Of a stretch of 64,000 nt of DNA, positions 26,605 through 40,543 are shown piece after piece. The position numbers and the translations under genes are program-made. The DNA is from Carcharhinus amblyrhynchos. Its lineage: Eukaryota. How positions within the stretch are numbered: position 1 is the stretch's first letter; every line of letters begins with the position of its first letter. The stretch is from contig OZ336878.1 of the NCBI GenBank assembly GCA_965287045.1, forward strand, positions 105,772,001 to 105,836,000. The letters are read 5' to 3'. The notes below the pieces were generated by a model that was not told the origin of the DNA, did no database searches, and saw only the letters and a program-made list of their open reading frames with translations.

Positions 26605-26640
26605 GTGGAGGTATTCCTTTAGTTTCGTTCATTTTTATTT
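26605..26640 (-). CDS. Microexon 12 (36 nt, spacer type), EIKMNETKGIPP
   Basis: cattttatcag|AAATAAAAATGAACGAAACTAAAGGAATACCTCCAC|gtatgg; fills the spacer slot of the 36-spacer-27 pattern; the donor is weaker and the peptide less coiled-coil-like. Confidence 0.55.
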
Positions 26641-27059
26641 CTGATAAAATGAGCAATAACCAAACATTAATGACCTCCCCGGCTCACTCTGCCTTGCAGG
26701 AGTTCTTAACAGTGGAGATTGTTCCATGCCTTTGTTCTAGGAGAGGCTGGGGAAGCGGCAAAAACATTTTGGTGTTCAATATGTTGTTCCGAAATTTTCT
26801 GGACTTTTTTTTGCGTGATGATCGGGAGTACCTTTTTATTCAATTTTATGAAATGCAATCTCCCCAAAGCGTTCCTTGGCTTAAAAAGAACACATAGTGG
26901 GGGTGGGGGGGGGAATAATCCTTCTGCAAACGCATTTAATTTTAATGAATTGCTACAGTGTCTGATGCTTTATTGAAACATTACATTCACAGTTCCTCAA
27001 CACAACACTTGATTTTATGACAGATTTTTTTTTTCTCTTTCAATCTAACATGTATTCCA

Positions 27060-28310
27060 TGATGGATCACGAACAGCCCACTTGGGCAGATATTTCGATT
27101 ATACACAACGTTATTGCTGACAAAACATCTGCTCCCATTGTCGTCAACCTGACTTCATTTTATCACATGTTCAAACATAGACAAACGGTGTGTCTGCCAG
27201 AGGTGAGTTGAGAGCGACTGTCCTTCATATAAAGGTAACATTTGGCCAAGTACGATTTCAACGAGGCCTAGCAACGGGAATCATGAAAAAAAAACTTTCC
27301 ACTGGTTCGAATCATACCTGGAACAGAGAAAGATGGCTATGGTGGCTAGAGGTCAAGCATCTCAGCTCCATAACATAACTATCAGTGCTCCTCCGGATGG
27401 TTCCCTTCCTCCAATTAGCTTGAGCCCCTCATCCATGGCCTGCCTTCCATTATTTAATCAGAAGTGCGGATGTTGACAGATTGCTACACATTGTTCAGCA
27501 TCGTTCACGATTCCTCAGGCACTGATTTTTTTCAGGTCCAAGTGCAGCAAGACTTGGACAATATATCGGCTTGGGCTAATAAGTAGCACATAACATTCGC
27601 ACCACAAAAGTTTTGGGAAGCGACTTTTTTTTTAAAGAGAGGATCTAATCATCGACCTTTGAAATGCAATGGCATTACCATCGCTGAATCCCACATGTTA
27701 AAGACCCTCGATGCAATCGTTCACCAGATCTTGAACTTCATTAGCATTAGTTCAGTGGCTACTAAAGCAGACAAATGGACAGAAATCTTATGGCGAGTAA
27801 ATTATCTTTAGCTCCACACCGCACCGCACCCCCCTCCCCACCCTACCAAAGCCAGTCCAGCATTTACAAGACTCCTGACAGGGATGTCGTGGAAAAAATT
27901 CCATTTGCCTGGATTAGTGAAGTTACAAGAATGCTGAGCAAATTGACACCAGCAAGGGCAAAACAGCCTGCGTGATTGCTACCACTTCCACAAACATGCA
28001 ATTAATTAAGGAATAGTGGAAGCATATGTATTAGTTTGACGATAGCAACTCGGCAACGCGACATAGGCAGACGCTTGCACATTGAAAACCAACATCATAT
28101 AGAATGGCTACAGTTGTAGGTGCCTATGGGCACGACTTGGATGTTCCCCTTCAAGCTACTCAAAATCACTTTTTTTTTAATTTATCGTCGCTGTTGTTGG
28201 GTCAAAGTCCTTAAAACCATGGAAACTCTCCTGGACACTTCTGTGGGCACACTTACACCTCAGCGATTGCAGCAATTCAAGAAGGCAGCTGACAGCTATC
28301 TGGAAGATTG
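27060..28310 (+). mobile_element. Degenerate LINE RT-to-3' end (same family as 21090-21510)
   Basis: RATVLHIKVTFGQV (cf. ALDIKAAFDRVW), HWFESYLEQRKMAMV, VQQDLDNISAWANK*. Confidence 0.75.
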
Positions 28311-28660
28311 ACGGTGGCACAGTCGCAAGCACAGCTGCCTCAGCGCGGCATCAACCCAGCTTTGATTCCGGCCTTAGGTCACTGTCTGTGTGGTTTCTGC
28401 ACTCTCCTCTGCCTGTTCGGGTTTTCTTTTGACACTGCGTTTTTCTCCCACAGTCCAAAGATGTGCAGGTTATTTGGACTGGCTAAGTTAACTTACTCTT
28501 AGATTCCAAAGATATGTAGGTAGAAGGATTAGTGGGTTACATTTACGAATGTTAAAGGGACAGGGCAGGGATGGGCTCGGGCACGATGTTCCATCTGGCA
28601 CTTGAAGTAGCTTCGATGGATCAAGTGCCTTCTGTTTGCGTTGTAGATCATCTATGATTG
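28311..28660 (+). mobile_element. HE1-type tRNA SINE (CR1-like tail) inserted at the LINE 3' end
   Basis: Head acggtggcacagtcgcaagcacagctgcctca, body ctcccacagtccaaagatgtgcaggtt, tail ctatgatt; GATTGA on both sides. Confidence 0.85.
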
Positions 28661-29189
28661 AAAAGGGCAACATGAAATGCGAAAGAAATGTTGAATTAGA
28701 CAGTGGAATTGTTACTTATTTTTAATTATTCTGAGGTTGTGCACATCAGATTCAGAGCCAGGGCTCACTAGATTCAACTTATCATTACCCATTCGAAAAA
28801 AAAACACTGCAAATTAATGAGGTCGAATCTCTTTTCTTCTATCCTCCCGATGGCATAAGACAGCTATGTTTAGAAATCAATCAAAGAATAATACATCTTT
28901 CCAGGGAAATATCGAACGTAGTTGAGCAATCTTTTGCAGTAATGTATGTTTATATTATAGATGCATTTTGTATGCCATTCATTAAATAAACGTTCTTGAA
29001 CATGTTAAGTACCGCTTTTTTCCCCTGTTTTATTATTATATTTTTATTTTAGCTTATTTATTAACAAAGAGAAGTGGTTCTTCACTCATATATGAGAATC
29101 GATCCTTGTTTAACCTTATCTTGTTTTTTTTTCGATTTGGAAACAGTCTTTTTCTCAAATTTATCATGCGTTTCGTTATCAGCGCCTTA

Positions 29190-29521
29190 TGGATATCAGA
29201 AACTTTTCCCAGGGTGGAAGAGTAAATTAATAGGTGGCATAGGTTTGAGGTGCAAGGTGCAAGTTTTGAAAGAGATGTACGAGTCCGACTTGTTACACAG
29301 AGAATGGTGGATGACTGGAGCTCATTGCCGGGGGAGGTAGCGGAAGCGGATACTGTAGTGGCTTTTAAGGGGCATCTTGATAAATACATCAATCAGATGG
29401 GAATAGAAGGGTGTGGTCCACGGAAGCGTTGCGGGTTTTAGTTAAGTCAGGTAGCGTGATTGCTGCAGGCGTAGTGGGGGAAGGGCCTGTTCCTGTGCTG
29501 TAATTTTGTTTGTTCTTTGTT
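29190..29521 (+). mobile_element. CR1 LINE 3' end
   Basis: TQRMVDDWSSLPGEVAEADTVVAFKGHLDKYINQMGIEG plus gaagggcctgttcctgtgctgta tail. Confidence 0.88.
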
Positions 29522-30879
29522 ACGTTTCCTACATTATTGTATTACAAGTTAATCACAACTCAGTAAGTACAATGTAGTGTATCTGGAATAGCTCGCCTAT
29601 AATCTGGAGCAAAACATTATGCATGCTAAGTTCTAAGCATCTCAATTGAACTGGAAATACTCAGTGTTGTTGACTGGATTTCCAAACATAGAAAGATATT
29701 TAAAGATCCAAAGAAATTATTTCACATTCCCAGAAAAGACGGCGCATAAAAACATGATTCAGCATATGTTGTTCAAATGCAGGAACACAAAGGAAGGAAA
29801 TAATGAACATAATGAAAGCGTAGTTATTTGACCATGATAGGAAGAGAATAAAGGACAGTTAAGCAATTCAACAAATGGTTATATTAAAAAGTAATAACTT
29901 TATTATAAAAACAAAATAAATTATCAGTGTGTGTTTGAACACAGCATTATAAACAACGTGTGTAAAGTTTGAACAAGAATAACAACACGAATGGGCAGAC
30001 ACATGGCAAAAACGGGATCTATTCTGCCGACCAGCGTGTTTTTTTTTTCTCTGCAATTGTTGAAATAAACATTCTGTTCGCAAGTAAAGGCAGTGCATAG
30101 CCACAATGAAGGGTGTTCTTCGACAAATTCACGCTGAAATTAATTGGAACACTGCAAAGCCAGGCGGAAGACGCGTTAACTTAAGAACAAGGTGATGAAT
30201 TTAAATACCAACTCAATGGACGTTTTGAGTCATATTGTTTGCTAAATGGAGGTGTTCCTCAAACGAGAAATACATTCTGCCATGCACATCCAGGACTGTC
30301 GTGCCTTGGAGCACACGACCAACCCAGCCATGCCTCGACTTTCTTTTCAAGACACATTTATTTTAATAGGTAACTCGTTATTAAATTAGTGACAAAACAT
30401 AGGAGAACTTCCTGTATTGGAATCAAAGAATGAACACTTGTCAGCGACTCGAGGTAAAAAAAAAACAGCTTAAATAGCAGAGCACTACCCTACTGCATTG
30501 AAATTAAATTTGCAATTAAGTTATGATTTATGATTTTGGATTGTGTTCATGAAAATCTCTGTTCCAGGACAAAGCTGTGCACTGAAAAGTAATAAACTAG
30601 GCTTTTCTCTTAAACAGTCTTTCTTACATCCAACGACAGCTTCACCTAACGGTAACCAATGTGTATTCAGAAAACCATTTTCAACTCAGGTAAAGTTTAC
30701 TTGGCTAATAACCGAACTGTCGTGCAATCACACAATCTCACTCATCATGGAAAACGGCAAGACTTCTTTCAAAATCATAATATACATTACACAATCTTTG
30801 AAAATGTAGTCCGTTAGTCATTGAGTACAGCATTCGTAATTCCTGACAATTCATTTTTTGCAACAAAATTTAAGTCGCT

Positions 30880-31059
30880 NNNNNNNNNNNNNNNNNNNNN
30901 NNNNNNNNNNNNNNNNNNNNNNNNNNNNNNNNNNNNNNNNNNNNNNNNNNNNNNNNNNNNNNNNNNNNNNNNNNNNNNNNNNNNNNNNNNNNNNNNNNNN
31001 NNNNNNNNNNNNNNNNNNNNNNNNNNNNNNNNNNNNNNNNNNNNNNNNNNNNNNNNNNN
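30880..31059. other. Assembly gap (180 N)
   Basis: Run of n. Confidence 1.
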
Positions 31060-31539
31060 TGTACTTTCGATTTATTACTGTGGTTCATTTTTGAATTCAC
31101 CTTAGTTTAAGAGGAACCAACAGAGAATCTAAGAATAGAGTGAGACTTGGCATAAAAGGGAAACTATGTTCTTTTCACTTGCATGTACATAGTAAGCTTG
31201 CGACAGTTTGAATTGGCCCTATTGGCGACAAAATGCATTTTGTACCATTGGGGGCACAGAAATGGATTAAGAAACGAAGACAACGAAGACAATTATGCTG
31301 AACATAATTTGCAGATATGTAATTTATGTATGTATTAGATTATTTTATCTTCATCAGTTCATCCTTTTTTGGCGTTCCGTCCTTTTACGTGTTTATGTAT
31401 TGATGTATGTCGTTATTCATGCATTCATTTCGGTGGGTATTTATTTATTCAGTGACTAGATGCGTTCCCATTTATGTGAACAAAAGAGATACAGTTTGCA
31501 TCTTAAACTACAGAGCGAAACTTGGAAAAATGCCAATGA

Positions 31540-31920
31540 TACCTAACTTGGAAAATGGCAAAAATATTGGGGATCACAATTGTCTGCAACAGCATAAAAA
31601 CTGGCATGTGGTGGAGGATAATTATAATGTATATTTCTTAGGTGAATAACGTTGGCAAATTGGATATATACATGCAATGTAGACTTGGAAGAATACTTCA
31701 GAACAGTGTGGAGTACAAAATGACTTGGGCAAATTTACATCGATCATTGAAGGTGGCAGTGAGTATTGAGATAACGCAGGGCAATATCTAAGTGACGCTT
31801 GGCTTCGACAGTTAAATAAAAAACGTTGTGAAGTTATGCTGAACGATTAAAAACTCAATCTGATAATCAATTGTAGCACTGCAGCCGGTTATGTAAAAGA
31901 ATTTTAGGAAGAATACAGCA
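31540..31920 (+). mobile_element. Old CR1 fragment
   Basis: Degenerate match to the CR1 ORF2 region downstream of FADD. Confidence 0.4.
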
Positions 31921-32021
31921 ATAAATAACACATTTCTCTAGCTGTTTGAATGGAACTTTTTTTTAAATTGTGTGCTGGCCGACATTAATTGTTTATCTAT
32001 AAGTTCCGTTCTGTATGTTTT

Positions 32022-32265
32022 TAGAAGCCAGACACATTTCTAGAGGTGTAAAGTCACATATAGTCCCGGTAAGGTTGGCAGATTTCCCTTAAGGGACATT
32101 CGTGACCCAGGAATTCCATTTTTCCTCCGGCAAATATTTTATGATTCATACTTTTAGCTGCAATTTTGCATTCAATTAAACCATCTGCCGTAGTGGGATT
32201 TGAACTCTTGTCTCCGAAACATTCGCTGATTTTCTGGATTAATAGATTGACTACTCGAAGATTTT
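32022..32265 (-). mobile_element. tRNA-derived SINE, second family (degenerate)
   Basis: ggtaaggttggcagatttccc...ccatctgccgtagtgggatttgaact; homologous to the 39005, 62565 and 63335 copies. Confidence 0.7.
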
Positions 32266-32699
32266 GCACTCCTTTCCGCGGGTAAGATTAAGAGGAGATT
32301 CATGTAATTCTTCATTCACATGAAACGTTTTGTTGTGAAAATATGGATGCTGGAAAATTTCTCCAACGATTTGTATAGCAGGCATGTTTTTTGGAACAGC
32401 TAGATGAGTAACGAAAACCACAAATTCATGTAATTCATGAAGGGCAGAATGAACATTTTATAGTTTGTGGCAGCAACTGCTGTAAAAATAATCCCGCGGC
32501 TCAGTACCAGTTTCATGCCTTCTTCCCACGGGTGGTAAATTTGTGTATTCTTCCATTTTCATGTCACAATCTCGTTACATTTCGAATGATGAAACTGAAC
32601 CTGCCTAGGCCAAGCAATGCATTTGGAATTCACGCCACTTGCTGCGCTATACATTTTATTTTCCTAGTAACTGTACTTCGTTGGTTAATTTAAATTACT

Positions 32700-33290
32700 G
32701 CAGTTTTTCACCTCCTCAATAACGATGCTTCAACCAGTGGAAATAACGTCTCAATATCTATTTTGTTCAGATCCCTCAGGCCTTTCAACATCATTATCAA
32801 ATCTCACCTTACTCTTATTTACTCAAAGGAGAGCAGTCCTAATTCAGCACTCTATCGCTTTAATGCCCATAAAAATAAATACATTCTTTAAGAATCTTTC
32901 TGCTCACCTTCATGTATAACTCGACATTTCTCCAAATATATAGGAAATATAATTGAAACTAATACTATATATAAAGCCGAATGTCAAACTTTTACACGTT
33001 CAATATAATGTCCTTGTTCTGGTCCTCTCTCACCGCATTAATAAATTCCACAAAACCCTCGTGCTTTATTGGTGACTCTCTCGAACTCCATTACACATTC
33101 CAATATTTATTTACAGATTAGTCAATGTTCCACTGCTGCCAAGAATCCATTATAGTCTTGTACTTTAATGTTTATTGTCTCTCCACGTTCTTTCCACCAG
33201 CACCTCACATGTCATTACATTGAACCCGATATGCCACATCTCTGCCCATAACACAAAATTATTATGTCCTTTTCCAAGTGTACATTACTT
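32700..33290 (-). mobile_element. Old CR1 fragment
   Basis: Pyrimidine-rich degenerate reverse complement of the CR1 ORF2 3' region. Confidence 0.4.
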
Positions 33291-33757
33291 TGGCAGTGGG
33301 GCACAACTCTTCGACGCTTAGTGAGGTGTTTTTTTTTCACAACGAGTCTCCATGAGCTTGCAAGTACTGGCAAGAAGGGTCAAACAATCAATGATTTTTA
33401 ACAAAATCAAGAACGTGCATGGCGATGCAAATGATCTGACCGTGTGGAACCGACCGAGATCATTAGATGAGGATTAAGGATGGCCAATATATCCCCCCCC
33501 CCCCACCTTTGTCATTATTGGCTGCATTCCATATTTCGTATGTTCCTTGGAACTGCTGAGACTTTTGAGCTCTGTTTTGTACAGGTTAACAATTGTTGAA
33601 TTGTCAATAGCATTACGGAAGACGCATGAGTGCACCAAAGAGGTTGATATAGCTTACAATTGTATGTATAATAATATTTACTCAAAGTGAATTGTTGATG
33701 AGGATTATTTTTGTAGTTTCCATTTTCAGTTGTTAAACTTGGCATTAATTATCCTAC

Positions 33758-33793
33758 CTGTGTCTCTTACACGTTTCCTTAGCTTTTCTATTT
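33758..33793 (-). CDS. Microexon 11 (36 nt), EIEKLRKRVRDT
   Basis: attttgtttag|AAATAGAAAAGCTAAGGAAACGTGTAAGAGACACAG|gtagga; similar to exons 22491-22526 and 20030-20065. Confidence 0.88.
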
Positions 33794-33829
33794 CTAAACA
33801 AAATAATTGCAAATAGTCTTAATTAGAGA

Positions 33830-35500
33830 GAGACTATGAAAGCCAACAGAATTCAGAGAAAGGAAGCTGATTGGTCACGGTGCTCAAATTCACAGGTCAA
33901 AGCATTGGCAAGAAGTCTGGGTAATCTGAAAACCAAAGTGAGAACAAAACATTATCGACAAAAAATAGTACTATCAACAAAGAAGCATAAGACCTTCAGT
34001 GCGTCGTAGAGGTGTCGTCTGAAAAGTCTGGTTGCATCGATAAAATGTCTCAGTAAAATCAACAATGGAGAGCAAGTCAGACAATTTCAACCAAATCTCG
34101 AAGGGCCGGCAGCTCTCTCGCCCCAGAGAATTGTGGAAGTTCCAGAGCAACCCAGTTGCTCAAATAGTATCCACATGGAAAGACAAGAAGTTTCCTCACT
34201 CGTGAGGTGGGAGGGAATGTGGGGTGAGGGGGAAGGTGAGGCGCAAGGGAAGGGGATCGATGTGGAGTGGGGGGCGGGGGTGCAGAGGGGGAGGGGCGCA
34301 TGAGTGAGAAGATTGACTCTCAGAGAACTTCTGTCAGATCTCATTCACAGTGCTAGAGTCCAGGATATCTAACTGTGTTAAGGTGCAGATAAACATTCTG
34401 GTCAGTAGATCTAAGCTCCAAGGAGTGTGGGTTTGCTGTTCATGTTGTGCTCGTCGAGGAGGGGACACCGTTTGGAATACGTTGTTTAGGTTTGGTCGCC
34501 CGTTGTAGAATGAAAGCCTGTCAAGAAGGTCTCCTTCTCTTTCAACATCAGTAGTAAAATGTGTGGTGCACACCCAACTGGAGGCCTCAACAAGGTAACC
34601 TTGAAAGTTCCGTTCTTTATGGTCCAGGCTGCTCTCCATTTTCTCCAATAATAACCCACCACCTCCTACCCCCAGTTGCTTCTGCTCCCCTCTTCCCCTA
34701 AGGTTCTGACTAGAGCACACGCATGCCCACAAACCCTGTCTCAAGGCTTCACCATGCGAAGGCCCTGGACCATGTCCAAAGAACACAGCACTGTGGACTG
34801 GCAGAGAATAACTGTTAAATGATCATAAATTCCCCTATTTGTGCGAACGGAATGCATACGGCCCGAGGCCTTGCTCGTCCCAAGTTATAATAGCAGAATG
34901 GTCCGTGCCAACTAGAAAGTAATGCACGAGACATGTTGTGAGATCGAACCGTTTGCAATTCCACTGGGACATAGCATAAACTTTATCTACAAGGGCAACT
35001 TTACACCAGAACACCACCCACTCTACTCCCAAACGGCAACAACGGGTAGGTTAGGGAACTGGAGTGGGAGAACGAGTTCCTTAATATGCCATAGCTTGGA
35101 TAGAAGCATTACGAATAAGTGTCACGAAGATAATGATAAAAGCATCCAATACCAGTCATTCATTACATTTAATTTTGCGAACAAGGCACTAATTACACTG
35201 TATTTCTATTAGTTTATGTAAGTGTCTACGGAATTCCAGGGTAGCCCTGATCTCTTAGACGGCCACTTGCTTACAAAGTTTCTCTGGCTGCTTAATCTCT
35301 AAATCAGATTTTCCGTGTTTGATTGGTACAGAAATCATTAAGATGCTTTAGTGTGCATTGGGACTTCCATGATGAGACCAAATGAAATATCGGTCAGATG
35401 ATCATGCACTTCAAAGTTGTGGGAGATCACTTGCCCCTGGAGTGTCTGCTACTCTCAAACTGGTGCTGTGCATTGGAGAAATCTGGAAGAGTTTAATGTT
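33830..35500 (+). mobile_element. Very degenerate Tx1/L1-clade LINE ORF2
   Basis: Ordered remnants: DQEKAFD-like (~33860), KLQGVW (~34415), RRSPSLS (~34525), HWDIA* (~34962). Confidence 0.4.
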
Positions 35501-36828
35501 GGAGAAATGTGGTCAGTCGATGTCATCAATCGATTAAGTTTCTGCAGATGATAAACAGAACAGATTCGAAATGTAGTTTCAAAAAAGTTAATTCCTAGTT
35601 AAGGTCGCAGACTGGTGTGTGAAACTTGCTTAATGAGGTTTCACTTATACGTGATCTAATTGGTGTCTGAATATAGAGCATATCTTGATATTTGCAACGT
35701 ATACTGCAGTGAGTAGCAATGAAATTGAGATAACCATCGGTAATAGACAAAAAAAGTTAGTTACTGGCGGTGTCAAACACTAACATTTGCAATCGTTGGG
35801 AAGAAATAAAAACGTACGAATGAAACGGTAAGTTCTTACATACGGAATGCACTAAACAATAGGGAAAAAAAAGCTGCGTAAACAAAGATCAATTAAATTC
35901 TTGATAGAAGACACATGAAAGAATGGTTCAAATTTTTGATGTGTTGGCAACAGTTTTGGGGAATTTCAATATTCAGCAAGGGCCGACTGGAGCAGGAAAA
36001 CGTTCTGCCATTAGTTTTTGTGTGTGCTTTCCAAGGCGTTAAAATGCTCTCCGGTCGAAAATGCACTAACTAAATCAATCGTATCACTTTGCATGCAGTG
36101 AGAAGATTCTTTAGTACGAGAAGGAAACAGTAATAGATCCAAATTACTTAGCATTAATTTCCAGCCCATTTTACATATTGTGTCTATTTACGAAACCCAA
36201 GTTTCCATTTTCTTCACTAATTAAATTGTCAAAATTTTCTTCAGCATTCACGGAACATTGTGCTTCAAGTATGTTTTTTTTCTATTGGGTAGGTCAACTT
36301 TTGTCACTGATCCCTAATTTTCCATCAGTTAAATTGCTTACGAGGCAATTTCACAGCACAATGAAGAATCAATCATAATGCTGCAGGTCTGGATTCACAG
36401 TGGATCAATCCTGGTTACAATGCCTGGTCTTCTATCATTGACATCAGTGGGCGATACATTTTCTTTTCTACTTCATTTGATTTTATTTTCTTTTTTTGGC
36501 ATGGTCGCCATTCCCGAGACGAATTTTAGATTCCAGGTGAAATGCTTGAATTTGCATTGTACCAGCTAGTATGAGGAGTGTGTACACGTTTATATGATTT
36601 TCTCATGCGTTACGAATAAATGTTCAGAGAAGTGTTGCACTTGATACCAATCACGGTTGACAGTTGTCCACTTCCGTACAAAATCAGAATGCAAGCAACT
36701 GCCTTCTTGATTAGAGATACAAAAGCATATTTCCACGGCGGTCTTGTGATATGGATGTTACGTTTACTAATGAGCATGAAGACAAAATTGACACCCAATG
36801 GGTTAAGCACCATACTAAGATCGTTTAC

Positions 36829-36855
36829 CTGAAGTCTTCACAAGCAGTTCATTTT
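36829..36855 (-). CDS. Microexon 10 (27 nt), KNELLVKTS
   Basis: atgctttgcag|AAAATGAACTGCTTGTGAAGACTTCAG|gtaaac. Confidence 0.87.
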
Positions 36856-38746
36856 CTGCAAAGCATCAGAGGTTAATGCATGGGAATATGTCGCTCATAA
36901 AATAGGTTTGCTTACGTGTAGAATAGCTTATCTGTGAAGTGTGTATTGACAAACATTAAAACATGAAATCGAATACATGTCACTCATCCCCCATCTCCCC
37001 AGGCATGGTATCCAAACCTATTTTAGTTGCATACCTTCAAACATTGGAGCTCAGTTTATATATATTTTACTTCGCCCTTCAGTTTTCAAACAATGCACAT
37101 TCAAAACCAAGATATTTGTTGAACTTCGTAGAAGAGAATTCCTCATATTGTTATTCCAGCTCAACTCTTATTCCACAAAGCAAATCGAATGAATTGTAAT
37201 TAATGGTTTGTTGACGTACCAGCATCATCAAGCTTTTTTTTCAGGTCACTTGCATCTAAAGGGAACAACTCAACTTTAATATTTGTGGATTATCTGCTGC
37301 CTAATTTTGTTCGTTAGTCTGTTGTAAATCCGTATTTTGGAAGCGAAGTTCGTGACCGGTGGCTGTGATTGTAGTTAACTATTTTGGTAAGCAGGAATGC
37401 AAATAAAGAAAAAAACTACAATTCTGAATAATGGCTTGGTTTCAATTAGATTTTCTCTCATACCCGCGCTGAAGGAGGAGCGGAATAAATTGCTTCCTGG
37501 GTGAAGTGAAATTAATTGTGACAAGATTAAATGCGCAGTGACACTCCAAAACGTTTGTGGTATGTTGCAGAAAACTGAGGAACGAAGAGCAAAACATATA
37601 TAACGACTAACGGATTTATTTTGTTTAATTTTAATGAATAGATCGCGTCGAACCAACAGTTATCATTCCTTTTTTTCTGGGAAATGCATTTCTTTACAGG
37701 CTCACGCTATCTTCACTGTTGCAAACTTTTTTTTTAAAATAAGGGCTGATGTTTCATGAAACTTTGCCTCTGGCACTCCGTTTGATTTGGTGGTGCTACT
37801 GCCTGATAAGCTGAATATGGCGATTATAATAACCTTAAAAAATATCTGCTTGCTGCAGTTGTCATCGAACAACTAGCCATACAATGTAACAAATTAAGTT
37901 GAATGAAGAACCCCAAACTCAATCAATTTGATGTTTATTTCGTTGGAGCTCTTTTCTAACAATATGGCTTCACGGACAGCGGAGGATAGATAAGGACGAT
38001 GACTCGCAATGATTCACTGGAACAGTGGAGGAGATGGATTGGAATTATAAATTCGGAAACAAAAACTTTGCAATATTTGGTGGCTGACAGAAAGGGAGAA
38101 AGTGTGACTCGAACAAATTGAATACCATTTTCAAATTGCCAACACGGGACTTAAAATCAGAATATCGTTTTCTGTGACGAATCATCATCTTGTTTTCTCT
38201 GGTTAAAATATGATCTGGGATTCCTACAGCTATATAGTCCCTTTGCTATTAAACAGGGGCTAAAAACAGGTCATGATGTGAACGAACAAACAATTCCAAA
38301 CCATCAATAAAGCGTGTAAAGAAGCTCCCGTGTGTTTGCCACATGCTAGATCAGGTTGTGCAAAGATCTATGATTTGAAGGCAAAAATTGTTTCGGTTTT
38401 GCATGGAACAAAACTTCGTGTAGGGGTGTCCGCAACTTTTCCCGTGCAGTAAAGCCGCGAACAATCATGTCCAGCATGTCAATCAGGAATCATATCTTCA
38501 TCATGTAGCTTTAAATTGTTGCTTCTTTACAATATGACAGTTGTGTCTGTCTTGATGAGCACAAAATCAGTAGGAGCGTATAGGGTCAGCCAGAAATCAA
38601 AGGGTCAACGTTGTCCAAAGTGTACGGCCAAAGTTTATTGATAATTTTAAAAAATCCAGATTCATTGAACTTTGAGTATCTTACGGACAAATAACCCATG
38701 CAACAATAAACACATTTTCTTTTTAAATGTAGGAACTGATACATAC

Positions 38747-38773
38747 TGCCAAGCTTACGAAGTTCTTCATTCT
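38747..38773 (-). CDS. Microexon 9 (27 nt; alternative 15-nt form 38759-38773), ENEELRKLG
   Basis: gtttggtacag|AGAATGAAGAACTTCGTAAGCTTGGCA|gtatgt; an internal C|gtaagc donor gives an in-phase 15-nt variant. Confidence 0.75.
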
Positions 38774-39004
38774 CTGTACCAAACATAGAATTAAGAATTA
38801 CCATTTCTGAAAGTCCAGTGTAAGCCGCTGTAAATTATGAACGTTGTTTTAATGTTAATAATATGTTTTTTGCGTATGTTAACAATACATTATAAACGGT
38901 TACATTCTGATGAAGGAAATCAACTGAATCCTCAGCTCCCTTGGGCTCCACGCATTTTGCAAGAACTGAAGAATTTGACCACTTACTTATTCTTGTTCAC
39001 AATG

Positions 39005-39325
39005 TTTTTTTTTAATCATTTAACGGATTGTGTGCGTCGCTGCCGGGGCCAACATTTCTCGCCCATATTCAGTGTCCTCCATTTAAAATGACATTTGAGA
39101 GTCAGTCATACAAAGGGCCTGGAAACACATATACGCCACGCCAGGTGAACTAAATGTTTTTTTTTGTCACTCGATTCATGATCATCGTTAGGCTTTTTAA
39201 ACTCCGGTCTTTTTTTTAAGTTAATATTTCACCCATAATTGTTTTCGAACCGGGGTCCCCGACGCATTACGTTGCGTTTCCGGATTACTAGCCCAGCGAC
39301 AATGGCACTACAACACCACGTCCTC
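39005..39325 (-). mobile_element. tRNA-derived SINE, second family
   Basis: ttcgaaccggggtcccc...ggattactagcccagcgac head region; tail at 39005-39070. Confidence 0.75.
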
Positions 39326-39915
39326 TCACATCGGCCATGGATTATGCAGTGTTCTCTAAAATCTACTAAATTATATTGATCTCCATCCGGTATTCAATTT
39401 TCATCTCTGATAGTATAAGGAAATGACAAAAAAATTGTTTTATTTTTAAGTTAATTAGGTATTGCATTCCCTGTCCGTTTGCTAATTTATATGATTGCAT
39501 ATGTCTCTATCTTTCTTTGCTGAATAAAATAAGTTTGTTCAATATTTCAATGTAAAATTAATCCCAGGGAAGCGCCAAAGCTGCTTGCTCACTGATTGAC
39601 TTTTCAGGAACCTTATGCCATTCAGAAATGAATGAAGCAAAGTCAACGAATTTGATGGCCGCTATCCGCCATTTTTTTTCAGGCATGCAGTCATGAACAT
39701 TGAATTCCTGCATTATCCCAAAGATAAATTCTGACATCAAAAGTCAAGGTGAGGTTGAATTATTCTAGAAATCACTTTTTTTTTAATGATGAAACCCAGT
39801 ACGAAAGGGATAGCATGTCTGAAAATTCAAGGATAGTCACCATGTCTCAGAGGAACAAAGACAAAGATCGTGTCAATGTTCTCCTGGCCGACGTCCGGTT
39901 TTGCACTTTACATTT

Positions 39916-40038
39916 GGGCCGGAGTTGTCCCGCCCGCCACGGGAATTCTAGAGGACAGCGGGCAGCGGATGGACCATGCAAAAGTCCATTGATCTCGAGT
40001 GGGTTTCTCCCGTTTGACTCGTCCGGATAATTCTGCCC
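39916..40038. mobile_element. Small MITE
   Basis: Imperfect terminal inverted repeats gggccggagttgtcc / ggataattctgccc. Confidence 0.55.
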
Positions 40039-40543
40039 GGTATTCTGAGATATTTCGTAGACGTAGCTTCGAGTTGACAACAACGGCCAAAGTAATTCAC
40101 CCGCGGTTTGAAATGGGCCAGATTTTGGACTTGCCTTTTTTTCCCAAGAAAATATGGCTGGTGCCATTTGACACCTCTGGCGCAATTGCACGTTAATACT
40201 TGTTCTTTTTGTTGAAATTAACATTGGTGTTTTTCTTCTCTTGCCCTCTAGCATCACCTGTTATTGATGCCCTGCTATCCCTGCAGTTTCTGCGCGTAAT
40301 AGAAAATCAAAAGTAATTGTCAAAAATCTTTCAAGGAACACTAAAAAAACAAAGTTCGTTCATGTATCAGCCTGTTTTCACGTAGCTGCATTTACGTTCG
40401 AAACAACATTCTCAAGTAGTGGGTTCGAATTGGCCATGGCTTCATTGATTCACATCACGTTCACCCAGCTGAACCGCCATCGAAATTGTCTTCATCTAAA
40501 CTCCGGACCAACATGCGACCTCTTTTAACTGCTACTTTATTGT

